Assembly (NCBI GenBank): GCA_951406725.2
Contig: OX597837.1
Span: forward strand, 34,472,001-34,536,000
Origin: Octopus vulgaris
Taxonomy: Eukaryota
Length of the DNA: 64,000 nucleotides
Direction of reading: 5' to 3'
Shown: positions 25,718-38,277 of the stretch, piece after piece
Numbering within the stretch: the stretch's first letter is position 1
Layout of the letters: every line of letters begins with the position of its first letter
The notes under the pieces: model-generated
Databases searched by the model: none
The model's input: the letters and a program-made list of their open reading frames with translations, nothing else
Told to the model about the DNA's origin: nothing
Translations under genes and position numbers: made by a program

Positions 25718-26644
25718 ACACCAAAAGTATGTATATATATATAATGTGTGTACTGCATGTTTGTATGTGTGCACATACATATGAGTAAATATATATATAC
25801 ACTCTCACAAATACACATATATACACACGTATATGCATACAAATATATACAATAAATATTATATGTATCAACAAACAAGAATGAAAAACAAAGTGTAAAC
25901 TATCAGAAAACAAATATGTATATTTATGTACATCCTAACACACACACACACACACATACATACACACTGTTGTTTATATATACACACACACACGCACACA
26001 CAGTTACTATTATTATTATTATTAACATTTTCCTTATATTTAAAAACAAAACAATGAAAACGAATCATTTTATGCCCTTAGTTGGGAAAGGGTTTCTGCT
26101 GTGTCTGTTCCCAGATGAAATATTTGCAGCTTTGAATTTCACAGATTGTTCCTTTTATTTCAAAAGGAGTGGGGGGCATATTATGGTGAAGATGAAGGGA
26201 GAGAGAGTAGGGCGGGGGGTCAATGATAGGGATTTTTGTATTGTACATGCACATGTGTGTCTATATATTATGTATGGGTACAAGTGGGAGAGAGAAAGTA
26301 CTCAATACATGCAGTAGAATGTCTATATATATATAATGTGCATGGGTGTGTAGGAATGGGAGGGGGTAGTAGTCGTTATATGCAGTAGAGTGTAATGTAT
26401 GTATAATGTATATATAATGTATGTTATTTCCTGTGTAGAAAGGAAGGTTAGGGAAGTAAGTATTTTTATATATGCAGTAGAGTTTTATTGATTCAGTTGA
26501 GCTCATCCTAAGCTGATGATCAAGTCTCTGCATTTGTCCAGGTGTGACAAAAGCATACAGGTGAGTATGTATGTGTTTGTGTAAATATAAATAGGTATGT
26601 ATGTGTATAATTGAAATGCTTTGTTTTGAACTATCCATTCACTT

Positions 26645-26675
<31 letters not shown>

Positions 26676-29600
26676 GCACACATACATACACACATATACA
26701 CACTGCTATTGTTGTTGTTAGGAGGGGTGTGTGCAATACTCGGTTCCTAAATGAGGAAAATTGTTGGTTTGTGATTATAGGTGTTGGATTCTGGGAAGAA
26801 AATTTGTGTGGAGGTCGGGGGGGGGGGGTATTTATTTTTCTTGAAAATGACTTGTCTGGTGGTGGAGGATTTGCTACCAAAAGAGGTGGGTGGGGTAAGA
26901 TTTGATGAGGAATGTGGTTGTGATAACTGGAGGTGGTGTGTGTGTGTGTGTGTGTGTTTGTGTGAATGCCTTTTCAGTGAGTGTAGATTTGGTATGTGTA
27001 CTATATACATCTATATATATATATATATATATATATATCAGGATTAGATGGATTGGTGATTCTTGGAAAATGCCACAAAAACAACCAAAAATGTAGCAAA
27101 AATACCCAACACAACAAAACAACAAAGAATGTCGGCTAGCCACAATTGCTGCTGCTGCTGCTGCTGCAAAGTCAACAAATGTTTGGGGTTTGTTGTTTTT
27201 CTTTTTTTGTTTTTTTAAAAATTTTTTTTTTATTGATTTGCTCTGGAAGAAGGGGCTGAAGCGATCAAGGTGAAAAGAGGGGTGGGGAGGGAAACAGGAA
27301 AAAAAAATGAATATAAAATTTAAGAAAAAAATATCAAAGAAGTGTTAATTAGTGAATGAGCTTAACTAATTAATTTTAGTAAAAATATTCATTACTTTCG
27401 GTAATGTGTGAAGTTTAGATTTAAAAAAAAAAAAAAAAAAAAAATTGCAAAACAAAAAAAATGTAAAGTACATTTTATTTAAGTCAAAGTAAAATAAAAA
27501 AAATATATTTTTTATATAAATTGGAAATAGAAAAAAAAACAAAACAAAAATAAGGACCAGAAGAAAGCATAAAAAATATTTAATAAAAAAAAAGTAAATA
27601 TTGAATACCAGCTACACCCCCCTCCCTATACCCATCCTATCTCTCACAGTCTCCTCCCCGCCCCCTTTTCCATTTCTTTAGTCACATGGCTGTTGCTGCT
27701 GTGGCCATGGCGATCATCATCATCATCATCATCTACTTACTAAAATTTTGGGAGGCAAAAAAAAAAAAAATAAAACAACCCTCCAAAAAGAACCAAACAG
27801 AAAAGCTAGTATTTCCTGTTTCCAGTTGAAAAAAAAAAAAAATCTTTTTTTTTTATGCACCACTGCACTTTGTTGCACCACTGGCAGTTTGCACGTGTAA
27901 CCTCCCACCTCCCTGCAAACACAACAAAAAGCATGACAGAGGGGGAGGGGTCCTGTATAAACAAGTCTAGAGTTGTGTAACAGCTGGTGGTGGTGGTGGT
28001 GGTTGTACTAGTAGTAATTATAGTATAGTAATTATTGGTGGTGTTGGAGTGGGTAGAGTTTGTTCAGTTTGCTGCAGTAATTTTTTGTTTTTCATTTGCC
28101 TTTAATTATGTACACATTTACACACAACACTATACACACACACACACACATAGATCTTTTGTTGGTTTCTGTGATAAATATCCCAGTTGTTCAATGCATT
28201 GAATTCTAAGTGGCTGAGTACTCCAGACAATCGTACCCTTAACATAATTCTCAAGCAGAATCAATCACAATGCTTATACAGGACAAAGCCCTTTAAATTG
28301 CAGCTACAGTCGGTCGAGCTTCCAAACAATTTCTGCTTACACATTCCTTACATATATGAATATATATATATATATAGTTATTTTAGGTTTAATTTTGATA
28401 ATATATATATAGATATACACAAACACACACATATGAACATTACATACATATATATATTTATATACACACACTCACATGTGCACACACGTACTCATACACT
28501 CACCAAAATGTTTGTATACATCAATAATACTTGCATGTCTTCAATAATTGTGTTGTCCATGCAGTTGCAGGAAATATTCTTAGAAAGGCGCCAAATAGTT
28601 GGAGAAGGCAAAGGAAAAAATAGTAAAATTGATTGTTTTCAAATGTCTCCACAACACATCCCCCACCCCCCCCAACCAACCAACCAACAAACAAACTCTC
28701 TTTCTCTACTAAAGACATTATCGATCCACTTCATGACTGCCACTCACCCACTGTGTCCAGATTTCCAACCATACAAAGGGATGAAAGGCAAAAAAGCTGA
28801 CCACCGCCGCTCAACCACCAACCACCCGCCCAACCCCCTTTCAGAGCAGGATTTGAACATGGAACCAAGTGGGACTACATTGAACACTGTAAAAAAAAAA
28901 AAAAAAGTCGTATACTCTTTCAGCCAACTTCACCAACTTGCGTATATAAACACATCTGTTTATACAGAAGGTGGCGTCGATAAGATATATATATAATGCA
29001 TATATATACATATATATACCTCTATATATATATGTTTGTGTGTATTCAAGGTAGTAGCAGACACCAAACAATTACAGATGGACTGATCAGCAGGTCTCCA
29101 GTCCAGACAATCTAGATCAGACCAACCGACCGACCGACTGACCACTTACCTAATCAGCTGACTGACTCACCAGCTCTACATAAACACACATTAACATATA
29201 TATATATACATATATATATATATGGAGTGAGTGAGGAGCAGGACTTTGAAGTTACAGGTTTATACATTTTGTTTTTGGTTATTTTTTGTGTTTTTTTTTT
29301 CTTTTTTCAATCTCTTGCTTGTTTACTGTCCGTCTTTTTTTTTTATTTCATTTTTTTATCATTCATATTGTAGATGTTGTTGTTGTTGTTGTGAAAGCAA
29401 TGATACAAATATTACAAAGTTATTACAAGAGTCTGCAGTCTGAACATTAACTCCATCAGTTCAAATCTTTTCTATGAAAATTTCTCTTCTTTTTATTATA
29501 TATTTTTTTGTTGTTGAATTGTCTTTATTTTCTTTACTTGTTTTTTTTTTTCCTTTTCATATTCTACTTCTCTGAAAAGAAAGAAACAAAAAAAATATAT

Positions 29601-29710
29601 ATATATTTACACATTATTCTTAGGTGTAGAGATACATATAGACATTGTTAGGTGCATAACACAGAGAGATAGGCTTGTATGTATGTATGTAATTCTTTCC
29701 CTCTCATATA

Positions 29711-30010
29711 TATCATCATCATTTAGTGTCCGCTTTCCATGCTGGCATGGGTTGGACGGTTCACCTGGGGTCTGGGAAGCCAGAAGGCTGCACCAGGCCC
29801 ATTCTGATCTGGCAGTGTTTCTACGGCTGGATGCCCCTCCTAACGCCAACCACTCCATGAGTATAGTGGGTGCTTTTTACGTGCCAGACGAGGCTGGCAA
29901 ACGGCCACGATCGGATGGTGCTTTTTACGTGCCACCGGCACGAGGCCAGTTAGGGCGGCGCTGGCAACGGCCACGTTCGGATGGTTCTCTTACGTACCAC
30001 CGGCATCACA
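29711..30010 (-). mobile_element. Family B retroelement within the putative 3'UTR
   Basis: Near-consensus core and tail. Confidence 0.8.
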
Positions 30011-30455
30011 GCTGCAATTTCCATTGATGTTGATCGATTTTCACTTGCCAAGTGATATATATATAAATCACTTATTCACTCTCTCCCTCTCTGTCACTTT
30101 ATCTCCCTACCAATCAATTTTTTCTCTCTGTCTATCTTGCTATCTTTCTCTTTGTGTGTGTCTCTCTCTGTCTTTACCTCTCTCTCTCTATATATTTCTC
30201 CCTCTCACTATCCTGCTTTCTCATCTTGCTATATGTTTCTCTCTCTCTCTCTGAGAAAAGAGAGAGATAACTCTTTCACTCTTATCATACCTCACACTCA
30301 TCTCTCTCATATATATATACATATAAGTATATACCATCCTCTATTGTAGCCCTGGGCCAGCAAATGTCTTGCAAGTGATTATGGTAGATGGAAACAGGGT
30401 TGAAACCCTTCAAATATTTGGTATAATGTAATTTGTGCCTCAAAATTTGTTTTAA

Positions 30456-30676
30456 CCCTTTAGTGTTCAGATTACTCTGTTAAATGTAATACTTTTTCAC
30501 TCAAATTGTTTTGAATTAATCTGGGATCATCTTACAGCTTTGAGGTTTCAATGATGTGATTACTTATTTTTAGAATGGCATTGTAGGTTAGGTGTGAGAG
30601 GCTAGACATCGCTAGTTTGAATATAAAACATGTAGAATATATTGGGCTGGATTTGGCCAGTTTAAACACTAAAGGG
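30456..30676. mobile_element. Second piggyBac-type MITE family, in the proximal OXR1 3'UTR
   Basis: TTAA|CCCTTTAGTGTT...AACACTAAAGGG|TTAA; homologous copy at 42077-42297. Confidence 0.75.
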
Positions 30677-30814
30677 TTAAACCCCATTGTGGATACATTT
30701 AAATGGCTGAAACAAGTAAAACAAAAAATGTGTGTGTGTGTGTGTGTTTGTGCCTGCATGTATGTAGGTTTGTTGGTGTGTATATATATATATATATGTA
30801 TGTGAACCCCTACC

Positions 30815-30950
30815 TTATACGAAACCCCAAGCTTCAAACGCTTGCACAACAAAATCTTCTTCTTCGCAAAGGACGTCATTGCCAAAAGTATCACAAGGAT
30901 GGCTCCGGCCATGGTAGAGATCTCCGTCGAACCATAAACCAAAGAAGCCC
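30815..30950 (-). CDS. OXR1: OXR1-family terminal coding exon ((K)[44 protein letters not shown])
   Basis: [16 protein letters not shown]...EDF-V---E-W-F TLDc C-terminus; ttttcag acceptor, phase consistent; TAA at 30817-30815. Confidence 0.95.
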
Positions 30951-31110
30951 CTGAAAATAGCAAACAATATCAACAATAGGTTAACAACAATGTCTGACAT
31001 TGGCACCAGACTATAGACTTTGGTGGGAGGGAAAACTTGTTCATTTAAATGACCCCCCCCCTAAGTTAACCTTGGTGAGATTTGAACTCACAATGTAAAG
31101 GATGGTAACT

Positions 31111-31904
31111 AAATACCTATTTCTTTATTACCCACAAGGGGCTAAACATAGTGGGGACAAACAAGGACAGACATAGGTATTAAGTCGATTACATCGACCC
31201 CCAGTGCGTAACTGGTACTTAATTTATCGACCCCGAAAGGATGAAAGGCAAAGTCGACCTCGGCAGAATTTGAACTCAGAACGTAACAGCTGACCAAATA
31301 CCTATTTCTTTACTACCCACAAGGGGCTAAACATAGAGGGGACAAACAAGGACAGACATAGGTATTAAGTCGATTACATCGACCCCAGTGCGTAACTGGT
31401 ACTTAATTTATCGACCCCGAAAGGATGAAAGGCAAAGTCGACCTCGGCGGAATTTGAACTCAGAACGTAACAGCTGACCAAATACCTATTTCTTTACTAC
31501 CCACAAGGGGCTAAACATAGAGGGGACAAACAAGGACAGACATAGGTATTAAGTCGATTACATCGACCCCAGTGCGTAACTGGTACTTAATTTATCGACC
31601 CCGAAAGGATGAAAGGCAAAGTCGACCTCGGCGGAATTTGAACTCAGAACGTAACAGAAGACGAAATACCTATTTCTTTACTACCCACAAGGGGCTAAAC
31701 ACAGAGGGGACAAACAAGGACAGACATAGGTATTAAGTCGATTACATCGACCCCCAGTGCGTAACTGGTACTTAATTTATCGACCCCGAAAGGATGAAAG
31801 GCAAAGTCGACCTCGGCGGAATTTGAACTCAGAACGTAGCGCCAGATGAAATACCGCTGAGCATTTCGCCCCCGGCGTGCTAACGTTTCTGCCAGCTAAA
31901 TACC
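31111..31904 (-). repeat. Head-to-tail array of four ~184-bp units of a tRNA SINE (family E) in the last OXR1 intron
   Basis: Units start at 31111, 31296, 31480 and 31664, near-identical. B box GAGTTCAAATT plus central GCCTTTCATCCTTTCGGGGTCGATAAA domain (Meta-like, recalled). Confidence 0.9.
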
Positions 31905-32129
31905 GCAAAGCATTTCATCTGACACTACTGGGTCCGCCAATTCGTCATCATTGGTCAGCATAGGTTGGATCACTTGGGATGAAATTGCAAGGGCCGGGAC
32001 TGTACCAGGTTTCATAGTCTATTTCAGCTTGGTTTCCACAGCTGGATGCCCTTCCTAATGCTGACCACCTCACAGAGTGGCACTGGGTGCTTTTTATATG
32101 GCACCATCTTCAGTGCTTACCCTGCTTAG

Positions 32130-32880
32130 TATTTCCACTTTAGGCACAAGGCCCAGACTTTTGTAGGAGATGGCCAGTCAACTATGCTGATCCCGGGACT
32201 CAACTCATGCTTAATTATCTGTCAACCCCTGAAAGGGTGAAAGGCAAAGTTGACTGCAATGGCATTTGAACCCAGAATGTGAAACTGAAAGAAATGCTGC
32301 TAAACAAATTTGTCTGGCAGCTTAATAGTCATTTCTGCTATAGATACAAGGCCTGAAACTGTGGGGGGAGTGGGCTGGTTGATTGTATCAACCCCATTAT
32401 GTAACTGGTACTATTTTCATCAACCCTGAACAGATGAAAGGCAAAGTTGACTCTGCCAGAATTTGAACTCAGAACGTAAAGATGGATGAAATGCCACTAA
32501 GCATTTTGTTTGGTGTGCTAACCCTTAATAATGATGATGATAATAATCCTTTTTATTATAGTAGGCACAAGGCCTGAAATTGTGGGGGACGGGGCTGGTC
32601 GATTATATCAACCCCAGTATGTAACTGGTACTTATTTCATCAACCCTGAAAAGATGAAAAGCAAAGTCGACCTTGGCAGAATTTGAACTCAGAATGCTAC
32701 TAAGCATTTTGAATGGTTCTGCCAGCTCACCACCTTAATAATAATACTAATGGTTTCCAATTACGACACAAAGCCAGCTATTTTGCAGGGATGAAAAGTA
32801 AAGTTGACCTTAGCAGGATTTGAACTCAAAACAAAGAACTGGAAGAAAAACTCTTCCAGTTCTTTAACAATTCTGCCCCC
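32130..32880 (-). mobile_element. Cluster of older family E-related SINEs
   Basis: Several same-strand copies with aactggtact..gatgaaaggcaaagt..atttgaactc. Confidence 0.7.
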
Positions 32881-33568
32881 ACTATTCTGCCATTCATTTT
32901 CTATTCACCTTGTGCGTTGTTGGGATCCACCTGAGTACCTTATTGTCATTATCTGTCTTTTGAAGCTCCTGCTGATTGTCTCTTTGCTCCACCCCACACC
33001 TAGTAATCCCCTTGGCTTATCTCACCACCACCCCAACGGTTGTGAACTGCACTGCAACCTCAATAGTACAGATGGCATGAATAAAAAGCACCCAATCCAT
33101 GCTATAAAGTGGTTGGCATTAGGAAGGGCATTGAGTAGTAGGAACCCTGCGAAAGCAGACATTGGCGCATGATGCAGTCCTTTGAGACTGCTGGATCCTG
33201 TCAAACTGCCCAACCCATGCCAGAAGGGAACACAGACATTAGACAATGATGGTAAGGATTAAGGCATAAAAAAAGACAGCGATTTTGAGAGGAAGAGATT
33301 AACTAATATCATCAACCCACCACTAATCCATTCCTTTTATTTTTTAATGCACATGATTTGGGTGAGATTTAGTTGCTACTTTTAGCAGGCCACTCTACCA
33401 CATAGTTTCTCTCAAAGGCTTGATTTGCAGTCAAGTGTAGAGTAGGGTATAAACCATTAGGGTTGAAAAAGGTGACTAAGGTAAAGGATATTAATGAAAT
33501 AGAGGAAAGTTGCAGAGTCGCTTAAGGAGAGAAAACCACAGGGATACTTATTAATACTTTGCACTTAC

Positions 33569-33642
33569 TTTCCAGCACCAATAACCAAACTTTCTTGGTT
33601 GCCTTTTACAAAGAAATTATTTTCTCCAGTCCAACGGAAAAT
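33569..33642 (-). CDS. OXR1: OXR1-family TLDc exon (IFRWTGENNFFVKGNQESLVIGAG + AA)
   Basis: F-WTG-N-FF-KG---SL-IG-G motif; ttccag acceptor, gtaagt donor; 74 nt, ends in phase 2, matching the next exon. Confidence 0.95.
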
Positions 33643-33903
33643 CTGGAATGAAAGTAAAATACAGAAATTAACAACGAAAGAAGACAAAAGTGATGTAAAT
33701 AGGACAGAATAATGGTAAAAAAAAAAACGGTTGTACCTGTAGAGATGGGGATTTTATGTGTGTGTGTGTGTGTATTAAGAAGGGCATCCAGCCGTAGAAA
33801 GCATGTCAAAACAATGGATCCTGGTGCAGGAAATACAAATAAAAACAGTAACATCCATCTCTCTCACTTTCTCTCACACATTGTCTCTGATCTGAATACT
33901 CAC

Positions 33904-33999
33904 CCTGAACTTTGGATGGAAGGTGAACAGGAAGGATTCTCCGGTGCCGTAGAAGTGATCACTAACTTTCAGAGGACATGATATTAAAGCACCAAACAC
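33904..33999 (-). CDS. OXR1: OXR1-family TLDc exon (VFGALISCPLKVSDHFYGTGESFLFTFHPKFR)
   Basis: VFGA...SDHFYGTGESFLF TLDc motif; ttacag acceptor, gtgagt donor; 96 nt, phase 0/0. Confidence 0.95.
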
Positions 34000-34316
34000 C
34001 TGTAACGAGAACAAATATTGCAACTTGGTTAGGATGGGCTAACAGCTGTGACAAGAAACAAGAATTTAAAAAAAGGGGCAATGCTACCCCTAAGATTATA
34101 ATTTTTCTCTAATTATTGTCCAGGCACAGGTTCTCCCTCTGCAACTTGGTTAGGATGGGCTAACAGCTGTGACAAGAAACAAGGATTTAAAAAAAGGGGC
34201 AATGCTACCCCTAAGATTTAGGGACTTCAAAGAAAATATTTTTCTCTAATTATTGTCCAGGCACAGGTTCTCCCTCCACCCCACCACACACCAACAATAC
34301 TAGAAATGGTACTTGC

Positions 34317-34469
34317 CTGACTCTGAGTGTTACGGACAGTCAATAAGACTGGACTCTCGTAGTTGGTCATGTCTCGGTAGAGAGTTTTCAAACTGAAGCC
34401 GTGTAAGTCTGTACTGTATATGAGTATCCAGGAGTAACCCACTGTACGGCCGGGTAGATGCTCCACCAA
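34317..34469 (-). CDS. OXR1: OXR1-family TLDc exon (LVEHLPGRTVGYSWILIYSTDLHGFSLKTLYRDMTNYESPVLLTVRNTQSQ)
   Basis: HLP-R--GY-W-L-YST--HGFSLKTLYR TLDc signature; tgtgcag acceptor; 153 nt; donor is CAG|GCAAGT (GC). Confidence 0.95.
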
Positions 34470-34778
34470 CTGCACAAGCACAAAAAGAAATGGGAGTACT
34501 TTAAAAACAATCAAACGAACAGGGAATGTGAGTGACAGTGGGAGACAAGAACAGGAGAAAAGTAGGAGGCTTTAGTTGTTCGATTGCAGCTAGGCTTCCA
34601 CACAGTATCCATCTGCTTAATTTCATAGACAGAAACTGTGTGGAAGCCTGTTGTGTGTGTGCGTGCCTTTATGTTTACCCCATCACCACCACCCCCATTT
34701 GATAAGCCCCTGTAAAATTAGTAGTTCAGCATTGGTCAAACCACACAATACGGATGAAACAATGAAAAGAAAACACAT

Positions 34779-35012
34779 TCATCATCGTTTAGCGTCCGCT
34801 TTCCATGCTGGCATGGGTTGGACGGTTCAACTGGGGTCTGGGAAGCCAGAAGGCTGCACCAGGCCCAGTCTGATCTGGCAATGTTTCTACAGCTGGATGC
34901 CCTTCCTAACACCAACCACTCCATGAGTGTAGTGGGTGCTTTTTACATGCCACCGGCACAGGTGCCAGATGGGGCTGGCAAACGGCCACGATTGGATTGG
35001 TGCTTTTTACAT
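34779..35012 (-). mobile_element. Family B retroelement
   Basis: Near-consensus core and tail. Confidence 0.8.
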
Positions 35013-35041
35013 GTTGAAGAAAGAAGTCTTTCTCAAGAACA

Positions 35042-35948
35042 GGCACAGGTGTGGCTGCAATGGTAAGGTGCTTGCATCCCAACCACATGGTTTTGAGTTC
35101 AGTTCCACAGCCTGGCACCTGGGGCAAGTGTTGTCTACTATAGCCTCAGGCTGACCAAAGCCTTGTGAGTGGATTTGGTAGATGGAAACCGAAAGAAGCC
35201 TGTTGTGTGTATATATATCACGTGATCACGTGACCGACCAGTCCATCAGATGTAGTTACACATCGCTGGTCACAATGCGTTTGCATTGTTTTAGCCTTCG
35301 AATGACGCCACCCCGCTGACTAAGCGAGCAGGCCAACAGGAGAAAGAGTGGTGAAAGAGTACAGCAGGGATCACCACCATCCCCTGCCGGAGCCTCGTGG
35401 AGCTTTTAGGTGTTTTCGCTCAATAAACACTCACAACGCCCGGTCTGGGAATCGAAACCGCGATCCTACGACCGCAAGTCCGCTGCCCTAACCACTGGGC
35501 CATTGCGCATGCATGCATGCATACATACATACACACACATACATATATATAAATAAATAAATAAGAGGGTGTTGAAAAGTTTCTGAGTTTGTTTACAGGG
35601 CTTAGAAAAATTGAAGGACTGCTGCAGTAAATGTGTGAATCTGAGAGAGAAATATGTTGAATAAAATCATAATTAATTGATCCTCCTGTATTTTCTTTTA
35701 CCCAAAGCCAGGAACTTTTCAGCACCCCCTCTATGTGTGTGTTTGTTCCCTCTCACCACCACTTCACAACAGATGTTGGTTTGTTCACATCCCCATAACT
35801 TAGTGGTTTCAACATAAGAGGCTGATAGAATAAGTACCAGGCTTTAAAAAAAATGTATTGGGGTTGATTCATTCGACTGAAAACTCTTTAGGGTGCTGCC
35901 CCAGCATTGGCCGCAGTCCAATGACTGAAACAAGTGAAAGATAAAAAG
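35042..35948 (+). mobile_element. SINE family A split by a nested tRNA SINE (about 35215-35507, minus) and a mariner MITE
   Basis: 5' half 35042-35215 and 3' half 35733-35948. Confidence 0.65.
35563..35731 (+). mobile_element. Mariner MITE (same family as 2408-2622)
   Basis: gagggtgttgaaaagtt / aacttttcagcaccccct inverted ends; shared internal sequence. Confidence 0.65.
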
Positions 35949-35966
35949 ACTTATGTTGGGGCTTAC

Positions 35967-36080
35967 CGTAGTAATTTGCTCTTCTGTGAGGATATGTGTT
36001 TCGCCAATGAACTCGGGTAGGACAGGGGTGTCATCGACCTCGAGGGACTTCTTACGGTAATCTTCATCACTGGTTACAAT
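35967..36080 (-). CDS. OXR1: OXR1/NCOA7/mustard-family gene, exon preceding/entering the TLDc domain (IVTSDEDYRKKSLEVDDTPVLPEFIGETHILTEEQITT)
   Basis: tag acceptor (36081-36083) and gtaagc donor; 114 nt, phase 0/0. The peptide resembles the DDYRK...PDLIGKTEILTEE segment of Drosophila mustard/OXR1 (recalled). Confidence 0.9.
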
Positions 36081-37249
36081 CTACAAGTAGAGAACGCAAA
36101 GAAAGAAACTTCGTTAGTCGGTGTCAAAGGGTCACACCCCAAGGCCTACCCCACCACACCCGTGTGTGACATAGGGTACATTCACAACAGCATTTATACC
36201 CAGCCCTCCCACGTACCACAACCAGAAACTGCTATATATAAAGTACCATTTTATTATATCAAGGGCTGTTGTTCTTTAGTGACCATCCTTGTTGGTTTGT
36301 CTGAAGTGATAGTTGTTTATAGGTCAACTCTGATTAAGTAGACCAAGGATCAGAGGTATTCCAGCCATGACCATCTCATCTTTTTTTTTTAAGAGTTTGA
36401 GGGGGCATTGGCTGCTGTTTTTAAGAAGTCAAGTGGCATAAGATGAATGGCTAAATAATAAAGAATATCTTTGGAAAAGATAAAATACAAATGTTTCCAT
36501 CCGGAAGTGGTGCAGTCACCAGCCTCGACCCCAATATATGGCTGGTACTTAACTTTACCAAGACCTATCACCACTCACCATTGGAACATCAGGAAGCTGA
36601 TGTCAGATGAACAGGGATTGATTTTAATGGTAGACTACCACTGACAGCTTGAGCTCCGAAGAGGAAGACAAAAAAACTATCTTTAATCATTATTCATTAG
36701 TCATTTGTTATTTGTCAGTTGAATCCTTCACCATATGAGGAAGCTCTTCTATGCTAGAGATAGCAGCCAAATGAGCTGCTTCGAAACTACCCCCCACGTT
36801 TTTTTTCCTTTTGTTTAGAGAATATGGAGTGGGCATGGATGGAACACCATTTACTACAGTCTTATTAGAACAGGGCTCGTCTGGGTGGACTATCAACACT
36901 GAAGTTCAAAATAATGATGTGATGCTAATAATTATTATTATCCTTTCTACTATAGGCACAAAGGCCTGAAATTTGTAGGGAGGGGGGTAAGTCGATTACA
37001 CTGACCTCAGTGTGTAACTGGTACTTATTTAATCGACCCCCAAAAGGGTGAAAGACAAAGTCAACCGTGGCGGAATATGAACTCTGAACAAAGTGACAGG
37101 TGTAAGATAGGTGGGAGGTACAGTGGCCTGTATATGATCTGTGAAGAATTTGATAGCCTTTGATCTCTTCTGGTACCATGCTCAAAGCGTGTGAAGCTCT
37201 CGCCCAGGACCGGCAGTGTTGTCACCTCACAAACCTCTCTTCTTCCTCT

Positions 37250-37555
37250 TCATCATCATCATCGTTTAATGTCCGTTTTCCGCGCTAGCACGGGTTGGAC
37301 GGTTCGACCGGGGTCTGGGAAGCCAGGGGCTGCTCCAGGCTCCAGTCTTATCTGGCAATGTTTCTACAGCTGGATGCCCTTCCTAACGCCAACCACTCCG
37401 CGAGTGTAGTGGGTGCTTTTTACGTGCCACCTGCACAGGTGCCAGGGGGGGTATGGCATCGGTCACGATCGGTTGGAGCTTTTAATGTGCCAGCCAAGGC
37501 GGCGCTGGCAACATTTGGATGGTCTTTTTATGTGCCACCGGCACAGGAGCCAGGC
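37250..37555 (-). mobile_element. Family B retroelement
   Basis: Near-consensus core and tail. Confidence 0.8.
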
Positions 37556-38056
37556 CCATTATCACCTCATCTACTATTCAAAGTCATCCTAATTATCACT
37601 CATTATTTATTGACTGATAATTAATCTGTCTGCAAGATGGCTTCTACAGCCCAAGCATTTCATCCAGCACGCTAATGATTCTGCCAGCTTGCCACCTTAA
37701 TAATAATAATAATAACCCATCCCAGCATGGAAGATAGGCATTAAATAAAGGTGATGTTGATCATCATCCTATTATGACTGTTTTCACATGTTGCCATGGG
37801 TCGAGCCAGCCATCACAAGCTGAATTTGTTCTCATTCAAGGTTACTCACCTTCCTAGATGGAGCAGAGGGCCGTGTCTCACTCACAAGCCCCAGTTTCCG
37901 GTACAATTGCTACTAAACTACAAGTTCCCCTTAGTTACAGAGACTGCCAAGGTACACTTTGGTTTGATGCCACTAATTACAACTGCAATGAAAATGTAGC
38001 TCAGCTTGCCGGAGACAACAGCCAAATCTTCCTCAAATCACACCCTATTGTCTTAA

Positions 38057-38277
38057 CCCTTTCGTTACCATATTTATTTTGAGATGCTCTGTGTTTCTTT
38101 CAATTATTTTAAATATAACAAAGAATTTAGTAAAATAACTTAATTAGCATTCAGCTAGTGTTAGGAACATAAATTGTGACTAATGTTTGGTGGTATATTT
38201 TGATGCAAAACTTATGAAAACAAGACATTTGTACTATAGAGCCAGAGCCGGTTTTGGCCGGGTTAGTAACGAAAGGG
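38057..38277. mobile_element. piggyBac-type MITE (family of 11307-11527)
   Basis: TTAA-CCCTTTCGTTAC start, GTAACGAAAGGG end. Confidence 0.75.

Larger units (their letters stand above)
24630..30814 (-). other. Probable long 3'UTR of OXR1 with distal poly(A) signal
   Basis: Follows the stop codon. 24450-29700 is nearly SINE-free and largely U-rich on the minus strand. AATAAA at 24656-24651 is followed by a GT/T-rich tract. Other AATAAA hexamers exist, so the end is uncertain. Confidence 0.35.

Noticed and set aside
28187-28996. 269-aa plus-strand ORF
   Set aside because: Low complexity, no domain, non-ATG start, antisense to the probable 3'UTR.
31111-31850. CRISPR-like or tRNA-gene array
   Set aside because: Units are entirely repeated SINE sequence with no unique spacers and no full cloverleaf; eukaryotic context.
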